NCBI GenBank assembly: GCA_017601245.1
Contig: JAFNJB010000049.1
Span: forward strand, 1-60,033
Source of the DNA: Candidatus Brockarchaeota archaeon
Lineage (GTDB): Archaea > Thermoproteota > EX4484-205 > JAAOZP01
Length of the DNA: 60,033 nt
Direction: 5' to 3'
Below the pieces are notes generated by a model. The model was not told the DNA's origin. It did no database searches and saw only the letters and a list, made by a program, of their open reading frames with translations. Each line of letters begins with the position of its first letter. Within the stretch, counting starts at the first letter, position 1. Position numbers and translations under genes: made by a program. Below, in pieces: positions 9,191-19,635 of this stretch.

Positions 9191-10504
9191 ATGCTTGAGA
9201 AAGAGTTTTTTGAAAAGAATGAGGAGAGGAGAAGAAGAGTTGTTAAAGAGCTTGTCAGCCTTAGCAAGCAGAAATACGATCCAGAATCTTGGAATAAGCT
9301 TAGGATGATGCTCTACCCTCCTAGAAAACTGGATGTTAACGTTATCATAGACGATTCCACTCTCAGAGAGGGGCTTCAAATGGCTGGTTTAACAACACCC
9401 AATGCTGAAGACATGGCTGAGATAGGCAGGCTCCTCTATGAGATCGGTGTTGAGAGAATAGAGGTAATGACCTACACTGATACTGACAAGGAAGCCATAC
9501 GGATGATGGTAGATAACGGTTTAGGAGATATCCTAGCTGGATGGAGTAGGGCCGACACGAGGGATATAGATGCTGTTATTGAATTGGGATTAAAGCAAAT
9601 TGGGATAAGTCATCCAGTATCCTACTATCACTTTGCCAAATGGCCTGAAGAACACGTTCAGGATCTTACAATGAGGGTTGTTGAAGCAGTTCAATATGCT
9701 GTTGACCATGGGCTGAGGGTATTCGTCCACGGAGAGGATAGTACGAGGGCAGATTGGGATTTTGAGAAAAAGTTTGTAAACGCTGTTGCAGAAGCGGGTG
9801 CAGAAGTCTATAGGATATGCGATACCGTCGGCGTAGGATGCTCTCTTCCAGACCATCCTCTTCCAAACGGGATACCGGCTAAGATCAGGGCTCTGAAAAA
9901 CGAGACGAAGATAAAGAGTGTGGAAATACACGCGCACGATGATCTTGGTAACGCCGTTGAGAATACTATGGCTGCAATAAGAGCGGCGTCAGGGCTTTAC
10001 GAGAATTTTTACGTCAGCACGACTTTCCTAGGCATAGGTGAGAGAGCAGGCAATGCAGAAACCGAGAAGATAATTTTAAACCTCTATATTCACCACGGTA
10101 TTGAAAAATGGAACCTATCCCTATTGAGAGAGACCGCTAATTTCATATCCACAGCTTTAAACTACCATCTTCCAACGAATAAGGCGATAGTTGGAGATTC
10201 CGCTTTTGCACATGAGTCAGGCATTCATCTGCACGGGATAAAAATAGCCCCCGCCATTTACGAGCTTTTCCCGCCGGAGCTTGTTGGACAAACTAGGAAG
10301 ATCATAATAGGCAGGAGGACTGGAAAGCATGGTATAATGATGAAACTCAGAGAATTAGTCAACCATGAAGTAGGAGAAGACGACCCTAGGTTGAAGACAC
10401 TCGTAGAGCTTGTGAGAAATACTCTGCTTCGAGTAGATAGAAAGTATTATTTGACTGAAGAAGAGTTTAAGAAGCTGGCTGCTGAAGCAGGTTTCAAAGT
10501 TTAG
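9191..10504 (+). CDS. DRE-TIM Claisen-type synthase (homocitrate / Re-citrate synthase-like), no regulatory domain
   Basis: DDSTLREGLQ, EDSTRAD, CDTVG, HAHDD.G.A, GIGERAGNA, AHESGIH. ATG at 9191 preferred over TTG at 9179. Confidence 0.85.
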   Translation: MLEKEFFEKNEERRRRVVKELVSLSKQKYDPESWNKLRMMLYPPRKLDVNVIIDDSTLREGLQMAGLTTPNAEDMAEIGRLLYEIGVERIEVMTYTDTDKEAIRMMVDNGLGDILAGWSRADTRDIDAVIELGLKQIGISHPVSYYHFAKWPEEHVQDLTMRVVEAVQYAVDHGLRVFVHGEDSTRADWDFEKKFVNAVAEAGAEVYRICDTVGVGCSLPDHPLPNGIPAKIRALKNETKIKSVEIHAHDDLGNAVENTMAAIRAASGLYENFYVSTTFLGIGERAGNAETEKIILNLYIHHGIEKWNLSLLRETANFISTALNYHLPTNKAIVGDSAFAHESGIHLHGIKIAPAIYELFPPELVGQTRKIIIGRRTGKHGIMMKLRELVNHEVGEDDPRLKTLVELVRNTLLRVDRKYYLTEEEFKKLAAEAGFKV

Positions 10505-12161
10505 AGCACTTGTTTATGAACGAGTCCAATTCTATTTCAAATCCAATAGCAGGGTTTTCTAATCCGTTCAGTTCGAGGACTTCAGGATGGATTTCGCCGA
10601 ATACTCCTAGCAACTTGCCTTCATAGAAGACGTTTGCAGCCCTACCTGGCGTGAACAACGGATCATCGCTTTTTTCAAAATACGGTTTTTCAACTCCAAG
10701 ACTATTCAATAGGCTGAGAACAACGGCCTTAGCCTCAGAAAATGAAGCTGAGGAATGCGTAGAAACGCCTGCGATAGAGAGTTTTATGGAGAATCCCTTA
10801 TCACCCTCTGCTTTCACAATGGGCCCTGTCTCGAAAATCCTTTGAGGATATTTCTCATGCCTGCTTAAAGACAGATTCCATATTAAGCATGGTAGTAGAG
10901 AATCCCTTAACATTGTAAGCTCCGTGCTTGAGGAATTCGCTAGCCTAACCCTCTCTGTAACTGGCCTCCTAACCCTATGATAATTCTTCTCCTCGCTCGT
11001 TATTATGAAGTTGAAAACCTCCGTGTATCCTAGGCCGACCATAACCATCCTAACCCTATCCTGTAAAACAGTTTCGGGATGTTTAGAACCTATAGTGACT
11101 GACCTGGGGTAAGTAGGAGTGAGCCTCCATAATCCGTGTCCTATTGCAACTTCTTCAACAAGGTCGACTTTATGCATTACATCAACCCTATAGGGAGGGA
11201 TACGTACGTAGAATGTTTCTCCATCATTCTTAACGGAGAACCTGCACTTCAAAAGGCTTCTATATATTTCCGTATTGTCTAGATCCTCTCCTAATAGAGA
11301 TTTTATGTAACCTGCTTCTACACTTATTTCACGTGGTTTGAAATCAGGATATGTTTTCACGGAACCGTCTTGATAGATTATTCTAACGGCCTCTATGCTA
11401 CCGCCCATATCGCTTAAAGCGTAAAGAAGTATATTGAGAGCCCTCGACGCATAATACTCGTCTAAGGCAGTAACGTCTATGAAGAGATTCCTAGTCTCAG
11501 GAGTTAACCTAGTAAGCTCCGAGTTTATTATAGGTGGGAACGATAAAACCTCTCCTGCCGAATCGATTATCAGAGGATATTTTTCAAAGCTCTTGATTAT
11601 ATGACCGTATTCCACACCTTTATCAACCTCGCTGAGAATCTGATTCAGCGTCATACTCCTATCCATCCCAAGGGGCTTGAAGGAAGTCTTCTCAGGATCT
11701 GCAGCAATATAGTACACTGGCGGCTTAATCTTATCTAAGTCGTGAATACCGATTGAAACTTTCCTACGATTCCTCCCAATCCCCTGGTGGAGAACTTCTT
11801 GGATATTGATTATCTCCTTCAAATCCTCCTCGGACAATTGAATATTTCTGACAACGGCAGAGCATAAGACACCCCTTATAGATTTCAATTCCTCGTTGAA
11901 GTAGAAGTCTATTTTCGGTTCTGCAACGTCAACCTCAGGATATCCTAGTTTAATTTCTAAGAAGCCTGCGTATGCTCTTGCTATTCCAGGGTGACTGGAA
12001 AAGTCTGGGCGATTTGGATTATACTCTATTTTAACGAAATTCTCTCCAACGTCTTCTATGTCTGTAGCCAGCCAGGGGAGATCGTTAACGAGCTGTTTTA
12101 AGTCAACATCTATCCCTAGGAATCTACTAAGCCTCTCCGGGTAAACCTCTATTACAGGCAT
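10494..12161 (-). CDS. pheT: Phenylalanine--tRNA ligase beta subunit (archaeal type)
   Basis: NPNRPD, RNRRKVSIGIHD, SFPPIINS, IPPYRVDVMH.VD.VEE.AI, FGEIHPEVL. Confidence 0.97.
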   Translation of the reverse strand: MPVIEVYPERLSRFLGIDVDLKQLVNDLPWLATDIEDVGENFVKIEYNPNRPDFSSHPGIARAYAGFLEIKLGYPEVDVAEPKIDFYFNEELKSIRGVLCSAVVRNIQLSEEDLKEIINIQEVLHQGIGRNRRKVSIGIHDLDKIKPPVYYIAADPEKTSFKPLGMDRSMTLNQILSEVDKGVEYGHIIKSFEKYPLIIDSAGEVLSFPPIINSELTRLTPETRNLFIDVTALDEYYASRALNILLYALSDMGGSIEAVRIIYQDGSVKTYPDFKPREISVEAGYIKSLLGEDLDNTEIYRSLLKCRFSVKNDGETFYVRIPPYRVDVMHKVDLVEEVAIGHGLWRLTPTYPRSVTIGSKHPETVLQDRVRMVMVGLGYTEVFNFIITSEEKNYHRVRRPVTERVRLANSSSTELTMLRDSLLPCLIWNLSLSRHEKYPQRIFETGPIVKAEGDKGFSIKLSIAGVSTHSSASFSEAKAVVLSLLNSLGVEKPYFEKSDDPLFTPGRAANVFYEGKLLGVFGEIHPEVLELNGLENPAIGFEIELDSFINKCSKL

Positions 12162-13639
12162 GTTTTAACCCTCCTAAGCCAGCCTAAATCGTTCTGATAC
12201 AGGATACGTATATCAGTAATGCCGAGCCTCAGCATTAAGAGACGTTCCAGCCCTCCTCCCCAAGCTAGAACAGGATGCTCTATTCCCAGGGGCTTAGTGA
12301 CCTCGGGCCTGAAAATACCCATGCCGCAGAGTTCAAGCCATCTTCCCGCTTGGGGAACGTAAACCACGGAATTCATGCTCGGCTCTGTATAGGGGAAGTA
12401 GGAGGGCCAGAATTGAACCTTCTCCAACCCTAGTTTCTTATAGAATTGCGTGAGAACACCTTTCAAGTCTCTTAAAGTAACTCCCTCATCCATGATTATG
12501 CCCTCTATTTGGTGGAATTCGGCAAGGCTCTTGAAAGAAATCCTCTCGTTTCTAAAAACCCTGTCGACGCTGAAGACCTTTACGGGAGGATCCTTGTGTT
12601 CAGCCAAGTATCTCACTGAAACACATGTCGTATGTGTTCTTAACACAAGCTTCTTAGCAGCATCTTCAGACCATTTTCCACCCCAGCCAGTTGAGCCGGT
12701 TTCCCAACCGTCCTCATGAGTCTTCTTCACTCTTTCTACGAGCTCTCTGTCGTTAAGCTCAATGGATGAAGGGTTTGAAAGGTAGAAAGTGTCTTGCATT
12801 TCTCTAGCAGGATGGTCTTGGGGAGTAAAGAGCGCATCAAAATTCCAGAAGCACGATTCAATTATCGGACCCTTAATTTCTGTAAACCCCATTTCCGTAA
12901 ATATCTCCCTAACCTCTTTAATGAACTCCGTTAAGGGGTGTAGTCTACCAGGGTATAATGGCTCAACATCGGCTTTAACATCATAAGGCTTGAGCTCAAC
13001 CCTCCTCCACTCGCCGCTTCTAATCAACTCGGGTGTCAATTGGGTTACTGCAATCTTCAGCTCTACAGTCCTACCCGCTTCCGTTAGTGAAACCAGCCTT
13101 TCAGCCCTCTCCATAATCTTCACTAAACCCCTATTGATCAGAAGCCTAACTCCTTCAGTATCCAAGGCATTCTGCTCGAGAAAACCCTGAGAGGAAACCT
13201 TACTAAGAATCGACTCGTCTAAGCCTTCTGGAGGCTCCTTCTCGACGACTATATGGGGAACTCCATTAAGAGACTGGATCAAGCCCCAATTCTTCTTACG
13301 TAACCAGCCTAGGGCTATGGTAAAGAAGGGCTTGTCTGGATATTTTTCACGTGCCTCATCTAGAGGAATCTTACCGCCCTTCTCCAGAACGATTTTTACA
13401 AGCCTTCTCTCGGGAAGGCCATGTTTAGAATGATATTCGCCTTCCGGGGTGAGTTGAACATGCCTCGTAACTTTAGAGGAGAGTTCGATAAGTCCCTTTT
13501 GGAAAAGTGAGGAGGAGGCGCTTGCCACAGACGATTCGCTAACCCCTAGTGAACTGCATATTTCACTGAAGCTCAGAGTCCTATTAGCCTTCCTCAACAA
13601 CTCTAAGATTTCTAGTTCAAGCCTTGATTCCAGGCTCAC
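12152..13639 (-). CDS. pheS: Phenylalanine--tRNA ligase alpha subunit
   Basis: WNFDALF.PQDHPAREMQDTF, LRTHTT, FRNE, EFHQIEG, YFPYTEPS, GLERL. Confidence 0.97.
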   Translation of the reverse strand: MSLESRLELEILELLRKANRTLSFSEICSSLGVSESSVASASSSLFQKGLIELSSKVTRHVQLTPEGEYHSKHGLPERRLVKIVLEKGGKIPLDEAREKYPDKPFFTIALGWLRKKNWGLIQSLNGVPHIVVEKEPPEGLDESILSKVSSQGFLEQNALDTEGVRLLINRGLVKIMERAERLVSLTEAGRTVELKIAVTQLTPELIRSGEWRRVELKPYDVKADVEPLYPGRLHPLTEFIKEVREIFTEMGFTEIKGPIIESCFWNFDALFTPQDHPAREMQDTFYLSNPSSIELNDRELVERVKKTHEDGWETGSTGWGGKWSEDAAKKLVLRTHTTCVSVRYLAEHKDPPVKVFSVDRVFRNERISFKSLAEFHQIEGIIMDEGVTLRDLKGVLTQFYKKLGLEKVQFWPSYFPYTEPSMNSVVYVPQAGRWLELCGMGIFRPEVTKPLGIEHPVLAWGGGLERLLMLRLGITDIRILYQNDLGWLRRVKTCL

Positions 13640-13721
13640 CTTACCACACCGTATCTACGTGTTTAAAACCGGTTTTTAAATCTGAAACCTTAATAATTCC
13701 AATAGAGCATTTATTTTTCCA

Positions 13722-15500
13722 ATGTACTTTGGAGAGAGGCAAATTGATAGGCTTGTTCTAACAGCTCTTGGAAAAGAAAAAGCAAGTCTCGTTATTGAAA
13801 ACGGTATTCTCGTAAACGTTTTTACTGGAGAACTCATTGAAAACACTGGAATAGCTGTAGTAGGCAATAGGATAGCCCTTGTTGGCAAAACCAGCCATAC
13901 GATAGGATCGGAAACTTTGATTATTGACGCTAAGGGCAAGTATTTAACGCCAGGATTCTTAGACGGCCACGTCCATATTGAGAGTTCAATGCTTACTGTA
14001 ACCCAGTTTGCTAAGGCAATCCTGCCTCATGGAACTACGTCAGTATTTATAGATCCTCACGAGATAGCCAATGTTATGGGTATTGAGGGAGTTAGAATCA
14101 TGCATGACGAGGGTTTAAAACTACCCTTGAAAGTATACGTTTCAATACCTAGTTGCGTACCAGCTACGGGGCCGGATTTCGAAACAGCGGGTTCGGAGAT
14201 AGGAGTAAAAGAGGTTGAGGAGGGTTTTCTCCTCAGCAATGCAATCGCCCTTGGAGAAGTAATGAATTACCCAGGAGTATTATCCCTAGACCCTAAGATG
14301 ATCGATGAGATAAGGGTAGCTTTGAAGAATCATAAAATTGTTGAAGGACATTTCTACGGCAACCTCGAGGAGGAGTTGAACGCGTACATTGCAACTGGAA
14401 TATCCTCAGACCATGAGTCCATTACGATGGAAGCAGGCCTTGCAAAACTTAGACTGGGCATGCACGTTATGGTAAGAGAAGGGTCTGCTTGGAAGGATGT
14501 TAAGGAAGTTATTAGAATGGTTACGGAGAAAAAAGTCGACCATAGAAGAGTCTGCCTAGTAACAGACGATAGGGAGCCCAGCGATATTTTGAAAGAGGGA
14601 CACGTAGACCATGTTGTTAAGAGAGTTATTGAAGAAGGTGTCGATCCAATTAAGGCAATTCAAATGGCAACCTTAAATACTGCAGAACATTTCAAAGTAG
14701 ATTTTGACATAGGCTCTTTAGCACCAGGCAGAATTGCAGACATATTAATCTTAAACAATCTGGAGAGGGTTGAGATTGAAAAAGTTATAGCAAATGGAAT
14801 GGTAGTAGCAGAGAATTATAGAATTTTAATCGAAATTCCAGATTACCATTATCCGGAGAAAGTGAGAAAAACCGTCAGACTCCACAAGAAGCTCGATGAA
14901 AACGATTTCAAGATAAGGGCTGAAGGCGAGGGGAGGTTTAAAGTAAGGGTAATAGAGGTTTTGGAAGATAAGACTCTGACTAGAAACACCATCGTTGAAA
15001 TCGAGAGTAAGAAAGGCTTCTTGGAAGCAGATCCTGAGAAAGGCTTGTCTAAAGTAGCGGTAGTGGAGAGGCATAAGGCTTCGGGAAACATTGGATTAGG
15101 CTTCGTCAAAGGCTTCGGTTTGAAAAATGGCGCAGTAGCCTCGACGGTAGCTCACGACAGTCACAATCTTCTAATAGTCGGCGTGAATGATAGGGATATG
15201 GCTTATGCCGGAAACGTGTTATCCGAAGTCGGCGGAGGGATGGTTGCAGTTAAAAACAATACTATTATGGCTCTTGTAGAACTGCCGATAGCCGGCTTAA
15301 TGTCAGACAAGCCGGTTGAAGAAGTTGCGGAGAAAGTCGACAAGCTTTTAGAAGCGTTTAAGCAACTCGGTTGCAGACTCAAAAGGCCTTTTATGACAAT
15401 GTCTCTCCTAGCCCTTCCAGTGATGCCTGAACTAAGGATAACAGATAGGGGAATCATCGACACGGTTAATTTCAAAAGGGTAAGCCTAATAGTCGATTAG
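13722..15500 (+). CDS. ade: Adenine deaminase
   Basis: PGFLDGHVHIESS, DPHEIANV.G, LGEVMNYP, DHES, REGSA, TDDR, STVAHDSHN. Confidence 0.95.
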   Translation: MYFGERQIDRLVLTALGKEKASLVIENGILVNVFTGELIENTGIAVVGNRIALVGKTSHTIGSETLIIDAKGKYLTPGFLDGHVHIESSMLTVTQFAKAILPHGTTSVFIDPHEIANVMGIEGVRIMHDEGLKLPLKVYVSIPSCVPATGPDFETAGSEIGVKEVEEGFLLSNAIALGEVMNYPGVLSLDPKMIDEIRVALKNHKIVEGHFYGNLEEELNAYIATGISSDHESITMEAGLAKLRLGMHVMVREGSAWKDVKEVIRMVTEKKVDHRRVCLVTDDREPSDILKEGHVDHVVKRVIEEGVDPIKAIQMATLNTAEHFKVDFDIGSLAPGRIADILILNNLERVEIEKVIANGMVVAENYRILIEIPDYHYPEKVRKTVRLHKKLDENDFKIRAEGEGRFKVRVIEVLEDKTLTRNTIVEIESKKGFLEADPEKGLSKVAVVERHKASGNIGLGFVKGFGLKNGAVASTVAHDSHNLLIVGVNDRDMAYAGNVLSEVGGGMVAVKNNTIMALVELPIAGLMSDKPVEEVAEKVDKLLEAFKQLGCRLKRPFMTMSLLALPVMPELRITDRGIIDTVNFKRVSLIVD

Positions 15501-15538
15501 CCAATGTTTTTAAATAGCCATAGGAAAGATTCTCAGCA

Positions 15539-16591
15539 TTGGGAAAGCTCTCTCTCGCATGGTTGATTCCAGCATCCCTTAAGATAGACAGGTTTACAAG
15601 CAACGAGTTGAAGAGATTCTACTACGACGCTTCTCGGAAAGGCCTTATTGAGAAGAGGGAAGCTGCTGCCGAGCTTGAGAAGGCTTTAAAGCATAAGACT
15701 GATTTCGTGACTGCTCTGAAAATAACCATACCAATAAACTGGAGGAGTAGCGTCGCTCACAGGCTCTGGAAGAATAGAGGCGAGAAACCTGGTTTCTCAA
15801 CTATAATTGAAACTCTTAGAGATAGGAAGATGTACGAGCTTGCTGCAACTTTCGCAATAGCCTTGAAATCAGGAGACATAAGGGATGAGGCTTTTGACGA
15901 GAAGGATCGTTTAAAGCCTGAGGAATACGAGTTTAAGATAAGGATTGCAGACAATCTTGAGAAACTCGTTAACGAGAGGGTGAGAAAAATACACCGTGAT
16001 GGATTTGCTGAGAAGTATTTTAAGGGCAGAGAGGAGGTTTACAGTTTCGAGCTGAAGGATCTTAAATACTCAGAAATGTTCAGAAATGGAGAATACGATA
16101 AAATACTCTCCTCATACGATGATCTTAAAGATGCTTGGCACGGTAAAACCGCTGGAATAGGTGAAAGAGTAGTCTCACTCACTCTCTTTGAATCAGGCCT
16201 TTTAGACGAGGAGCCTGAAGCATGCGGAGCAATAATAAGGTATGAATGGGCTATTACTAATGTCTGGATGTGGAGCGACGAGTTAAAAGACTTGCTAAAC
16301 GATCTTAAGGATGGAAACATAAACATGCTCCTAGTAGAATGCTTAAGGAAGGGGCTTAAGAATGTAGATGAAAATTCCGTTTTAAACTTCATATCTACCT
16401 ATCCTAGTATCTTAGACGAACCTGCTAAGGATTACTTAGATTTAGCAAGAAAGCTGGAAGAGAAGCTCATGAAGTATCCATGGATGAATTTGAATGATTA
16501 TATTAACGGAGCGAGAATAGTTTTCTCAAAACTTGAAGAAAGGAAAAGAAGACTTTTAACCATTGCAAAATCGAGTAGAAAAGCATTTTAA
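15539..16591 (+). CDS. Hypothetical helical protein
   Basis: 350-codon ORF with normal codon bias that fills the gap exactly; TTG start; no recognised motif. Confidence 0.7.
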   Translation: MGKLSLAWLIPASLKIDRFTSNELKRFYYDASRKGLIEKREAAAELEKALKHKTDFVTALKITIPINWRSSVAHRLWKNRGEKPGFSTIIETLRDRKMYELAATFAIALKSGDIRDEAFDEKDRLKPEEYEFKIRIADNLEKLVNERVRKIHRDGFAEKYFKGREEVYSFELKDLKYSEMFRNGEYDKILSSYDDLKDAWHGKTAGIGERVVSLTLFESGLLDEEPEACGAIIRYEWAITNVWMWSDELKDLLNDLKDGNINMLLVECLRKGLKNVDENSVLNFISTYPSILDEPAKDYLDLARKLEEKLMKYPWMNLNDYINGARIVFSKLEERKRRLLTIAKSSRKAF

Positions 16592-16646
16592 TTCTATTCC
16601 CAAAAGCTTAAAACAATTCGTCTTAAAATATTGCGGGTATGAAATT

Positions 16647-17822
16647 ATGAGAATGGAATATGTGAAAGCCAGTAGCATCTTGATTATCAACCTAATATTT
16701 CTAGTTAGCGGTATGGTTTTTAAAGTATCTGAAACAACAAGTTGGGAAGTATATTACTACGAGTTAAAGATAAGTTTTGTCAACAGGGGCTTAAACGATT
16801 ATGGTTTCACGCTTGACGATAAGCTATTTCTCATCTTCTCGAATACATCCATTCAGAAAACTTGCATTCTTGAAGCAAGACCAAGGGTTAAGAAGATACA
16901 TGAAGATATTGACGGTAACCTTTGGGCAGAACTCGATTTCCCTGAGAAAATAGGCCCTGGTGAAAATTTCACAGCAAACATCGTCTTCATGATAAACCTG
17001 ACTATAAGAAGCCTACCTCATGTTTCTACGTATTCTTCAGGAAGCATTTTCGAAATCCCCATGGAATTGACAAACTACACTTCGTCGAGCGGAGTATGGA
17101 ATTATAACAGTACAGAGTTGAGTTATATAGCCGAGCTCGCTACTCAGATAAAAGGTAATGATACTAATGTCCTGAGAATAATTTCTAAAATGGTCGGGTT
17201 CATAAGCGAGAGAGTGGAGTATCCATATGGAGAGGAATTAAGACCACCCCAATACCCTAATCAAACACTACCAAAATCTAGCTTAAGGGGTAGGGGAGAC
17301 TGCGATGATCAATCTGCTCTCTTAATAGCTATGCTCAGGTCCGTTGGCATACCCTCATACTTACAGACTGGGGGGATAATTTCGAATAGCTATGGTATTA
17401 CAGGAAGCACTTGGGATGGGCATTTACACATTTACTCTAGAGGTATTGGCTGGCACGGTTGGGTTGAAGCATATGTTCCCCCTTGGGGCTGGCTTCCAGT
17501 TGACATAACCTACGGATACTCATCTTCTGAACCATTATCAGCCATAAGCAAATCGGCTTCAGCAAGAGAATTCATACTACAATCCGAAAAATACTCGAAC
17601 ATAGATTACATTGCAAAAAGCAGAGAGGTGGAAGAGAGGATAAGGAAGAGCAATGTGTACGTGTATGTAGAGGAGAATGTTTCAAAAACGTATCCCTCGA
17701 GCAATTCTAGAAGGCTGAGCAATTATGAACTCATACGCTTCGTAATCTTGTTGATTCTGTTAATCGCTATTGCCGTTCTAGCATCCAGGTTTTTGAAAAA
17801 GATGAGTTTAGCAACGTGCTGA
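16647..17822 (+). CDS. Membrane-anchored transglutaminase-like protein
   Basis: GDCDD..ALL..MLR.VGIP, HGWVE, W.PVD (Cys-His-Asp triad); N-terminal signal and C-terminal TM. Start moved to the MRMEY methionine. Confidence 0.88.
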   Translation: MRMEYVKASSILIINLIFLVSGMVFKVSETTSWEVYYYELKISFVNRGLNDYGFTLDDKLFLIFSNTSIQKTCILEARPRVKKIHEDIDGNLWAELDFPEKIGPGENFTANIVFMINLTIRSLPHVSTYSSGSIFEIPMELTNYTSSSGVWNYNSTELSYIAELATQIKGNDTNVLRIISKMVGFISERVEYPYGEELRPPQYPNQTLPKSSLRGRGDCDDQSALLIAMLRSVGIPSYLQTGGIISNSYGITGSTWDGHLHIYSRGIGWHGWVEAYVPPWGWLPVDITYGYSSSEPLSAISKSASAREFILQSEKYSNIDYIAKSREVEERIRKSNVYVYVEENVSKTYPSSNSRRLSNYELIRFVILLILLIAIAVLASRFLKKMSLATC

Positions 17823-17898
17823 TTTGAATACTGCTTTTGACGATTCAGAGAACAGGTTATAAGGATAGATTTAAATTCTCCTTTCATTAAACCTATCA

Positions 17899-18141
17899 AT
17901 GTTGTCGTACAGCAAGTCAGAATGGATAAGCATAATGGTTATTGTAGGTTCGATTCTTGCAGGAATATTCTTGTTTAAAGAGATCTTCTACATTATCTCC
18001 CTTACGGTTTGCTTAACCTTGATGATGTTTGGTTATGTCCTGTTCAACTCTAGAAGGAAAAACTCTCTTAAGAATTCTTCTGGAAACTCTGAGAAAGAGC
18101 AGAAAACCAGTCCAGAAGAGAATGTCGAGAAAAAGGAATAA
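17899..18141 (+). CDS. Small 2-TM membrane protein
   Basis: Two hydrophobic helices plus a charged tail; overlaps a convergent ORF. Confidence 0.5.
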   Translation: MLSYSKSEWISIMVIVGSILAGIFLFKEIFYIISLTVCLTLMMFGYVLFNSRRKNSLKNSSGNSEKEQKTSPEENVEKKE

Positions 18142-18363
18142 CGGGTCTGTTTTAACTTCAACATATTTCGCGACTCCAATATCTATAACCTGTATTAAGA
18201 ATGGTAGTGGAATACCATTCTTAACATAATGATACGGATGAGAAGGGTCATAAATGCCAATTAAACCGGTTGCAAGAGTTATGATAATGGCTTTGATTAT
18301 TATCGGTGAATACTCGCCCATTCTCTTCAAGTATTGCAAGACGTTAAGCCCCGTAGGGAGCAA
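18013..18363 (-). CDS. Small membrane protein
   Basis: TM - NGIPLPFL - ...FLFLDILFW TM; probable start at 18321 (MGEYSP). Confidence 0.55.
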   Translation of the reverse strand: MLPTGLNVLQYLKRMGEYSPIIIKAIIITLATGLIGIYDPSHPYHYVKNGIPLPFLIQVIDIGVAKYVEVKTDPLFLFLDILFWTGFLLFLRVSRRILKRVFPSRVEQDITKHHQG

Positions 18364-18400
18364 GATTATTAATTTTGCTACTTACCCCAGAGCATAAATA

Positions 18401-19240
18401 ATGGATTTCGAAAAAGCCCTGAGGAAATTTGATAAACTTAGCAAAGAGGAGACGATAAGCCTATGTGAAGAGGCTTACGGATTGTTTAGAAGAGAACCTC
18501 CGCTATTAAAGCTGAGTTTCGAAAGGATTATAGTAGTTGGAGATCTTCATGGAGATTTAGAATCGTGCGTTAACGCCTTATCGAATTTTGAAAAGCTTGA
18601 AGACACTGGAATAGTTTTCTTAGGGGACTACGTTGACAGAGGGCCTTATCAAAGCGGAGTAATAAACCTCCTTCTGGACGCGAAGAAGAACAATCCTGAA
18701 AAAGTATTTCTTCTAAGGGGGAATCATGAAACGCCTTCGATGAACTTTTCTTACGGCTTCGTAGAACTCCTCATAAGAAGGTTTAGAAAAGAATACGAGG
18801 AGGTATACGATGCTTATTTGAAAGTATTCTCGGAAATGCCCTTTGCAGCATTGTTCGAAGACAGTACGATACTCGTCCACGGAGGCCTAGCAAGGAGGGT
18901 TAAGAGTATTAAGGAGCTTGAAGAAGCGGGTAAGGGCGGGATAGAGCCTGAAGACCCCATAATCTTCGAAACAATATGGAACGACCCGTCGGAGGACGTT
19001 GAAGAATTTGCTCCAAACCCGAGAGGACCTGGAACATACCTTTTCGGCAAGAACGCTCTCCATCGCTTCCTTAGAGAAAACGGTTTGAAAATGATGGTTA
19101 GAGGACATGAGCCGGTACCCAGTGGTTACGGAATCTCCCTTCAGGGAAGTTTAATAACTGTTTTCTCCTGCAGGTTTTACGGCATAAGGCCGGCGGCCCT
19201 AGTCTTAAGCGGAGAATACTCTTTCATAAACCTCGATTAA
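18401..19240 (+). CDS. Ser/Thr protein phosphatase (PPP family)
   Basis: GDLHG, GDYVDRG, LRGNHE, HGG, WNDP, RGHE, TVFS. Confidence 0.93.
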   Translation: MDFEKALRKFDKLSKEETISLCEEAYGLFRREPPLLKLSFERIIVVGDLHGDLESCVNALSNFEKLEDTGIVFLGDYVDRGPYQSGVINLLLDAKKNNPEKVFLLRGNHETPSMNFSYGFVELLIRRFRKEYEEVYDAYLKVFSEMPFAALFEDSTILVHGGLARRVKSIKELEEAGKGGIEPEDPIIFETIWNDPSEDVEEFAPNPRGPGTYLFGKNALHRFLRENGLKMMVRGHEPVPSGYGISLQGSLITVFSCRFYGIRPAALVLSGEYSFINLD

Positions 19241-19298
19241 CCTCTAGGCCTTCCAATAGCTAGCTTTATAAACATGCTTAATAGCAGGTTTTTGAAAA

Positions 19299-19634
19299 AT
19301 GAGCTCTGAAATAAGCATAGAAGACTTCAAGAAGGTAAAGATGGTTGTAGGAACGATAATATCCGCGGAAAGAGTCAAGGGTTCTGAAAAACTGCTTAAG
19401 CTACAGGTAAGTCTTGGAAACAATATTGTGAAACAGTCTGTAGCAGGCTTGGGACCGTATTATAATCCCGAGCAATTAGTTGGGAAGCAATATGTCTTCG
19501 TCACGAATCTTAAGCCCGCTGTCTTAATGGGGCAGGTTTCAGAAGTAATGATACTCGCAGCAGTGGAAGATAAGAATAAGGTCTCATTGATATGTCCAGA
19601 CAGTAAGATTTCAGACGGTGCCCCCGTAACTTAG
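19299..19634 (+). CDS. tRNA-binding OB-fold protein (Trbp111/CsaA/MetRS C-terminal type)
   Basis: I..DF.K..M.VG.I, KLL.L.V.LG, NLKP..LMG..SE.MIL. Confidence 0.88.
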   Translation: MSSEISIEDFKKVKMVVGTIISAERVKGSEKLLKLQVSLGNNIVKQSVAGLGPYYNPEQLVGKQYVFVTNLKPAVLMGQVSEVMILAAVEDKNKVSLICPDSKISDGAPVT

Positions 19635-19635
19635 G

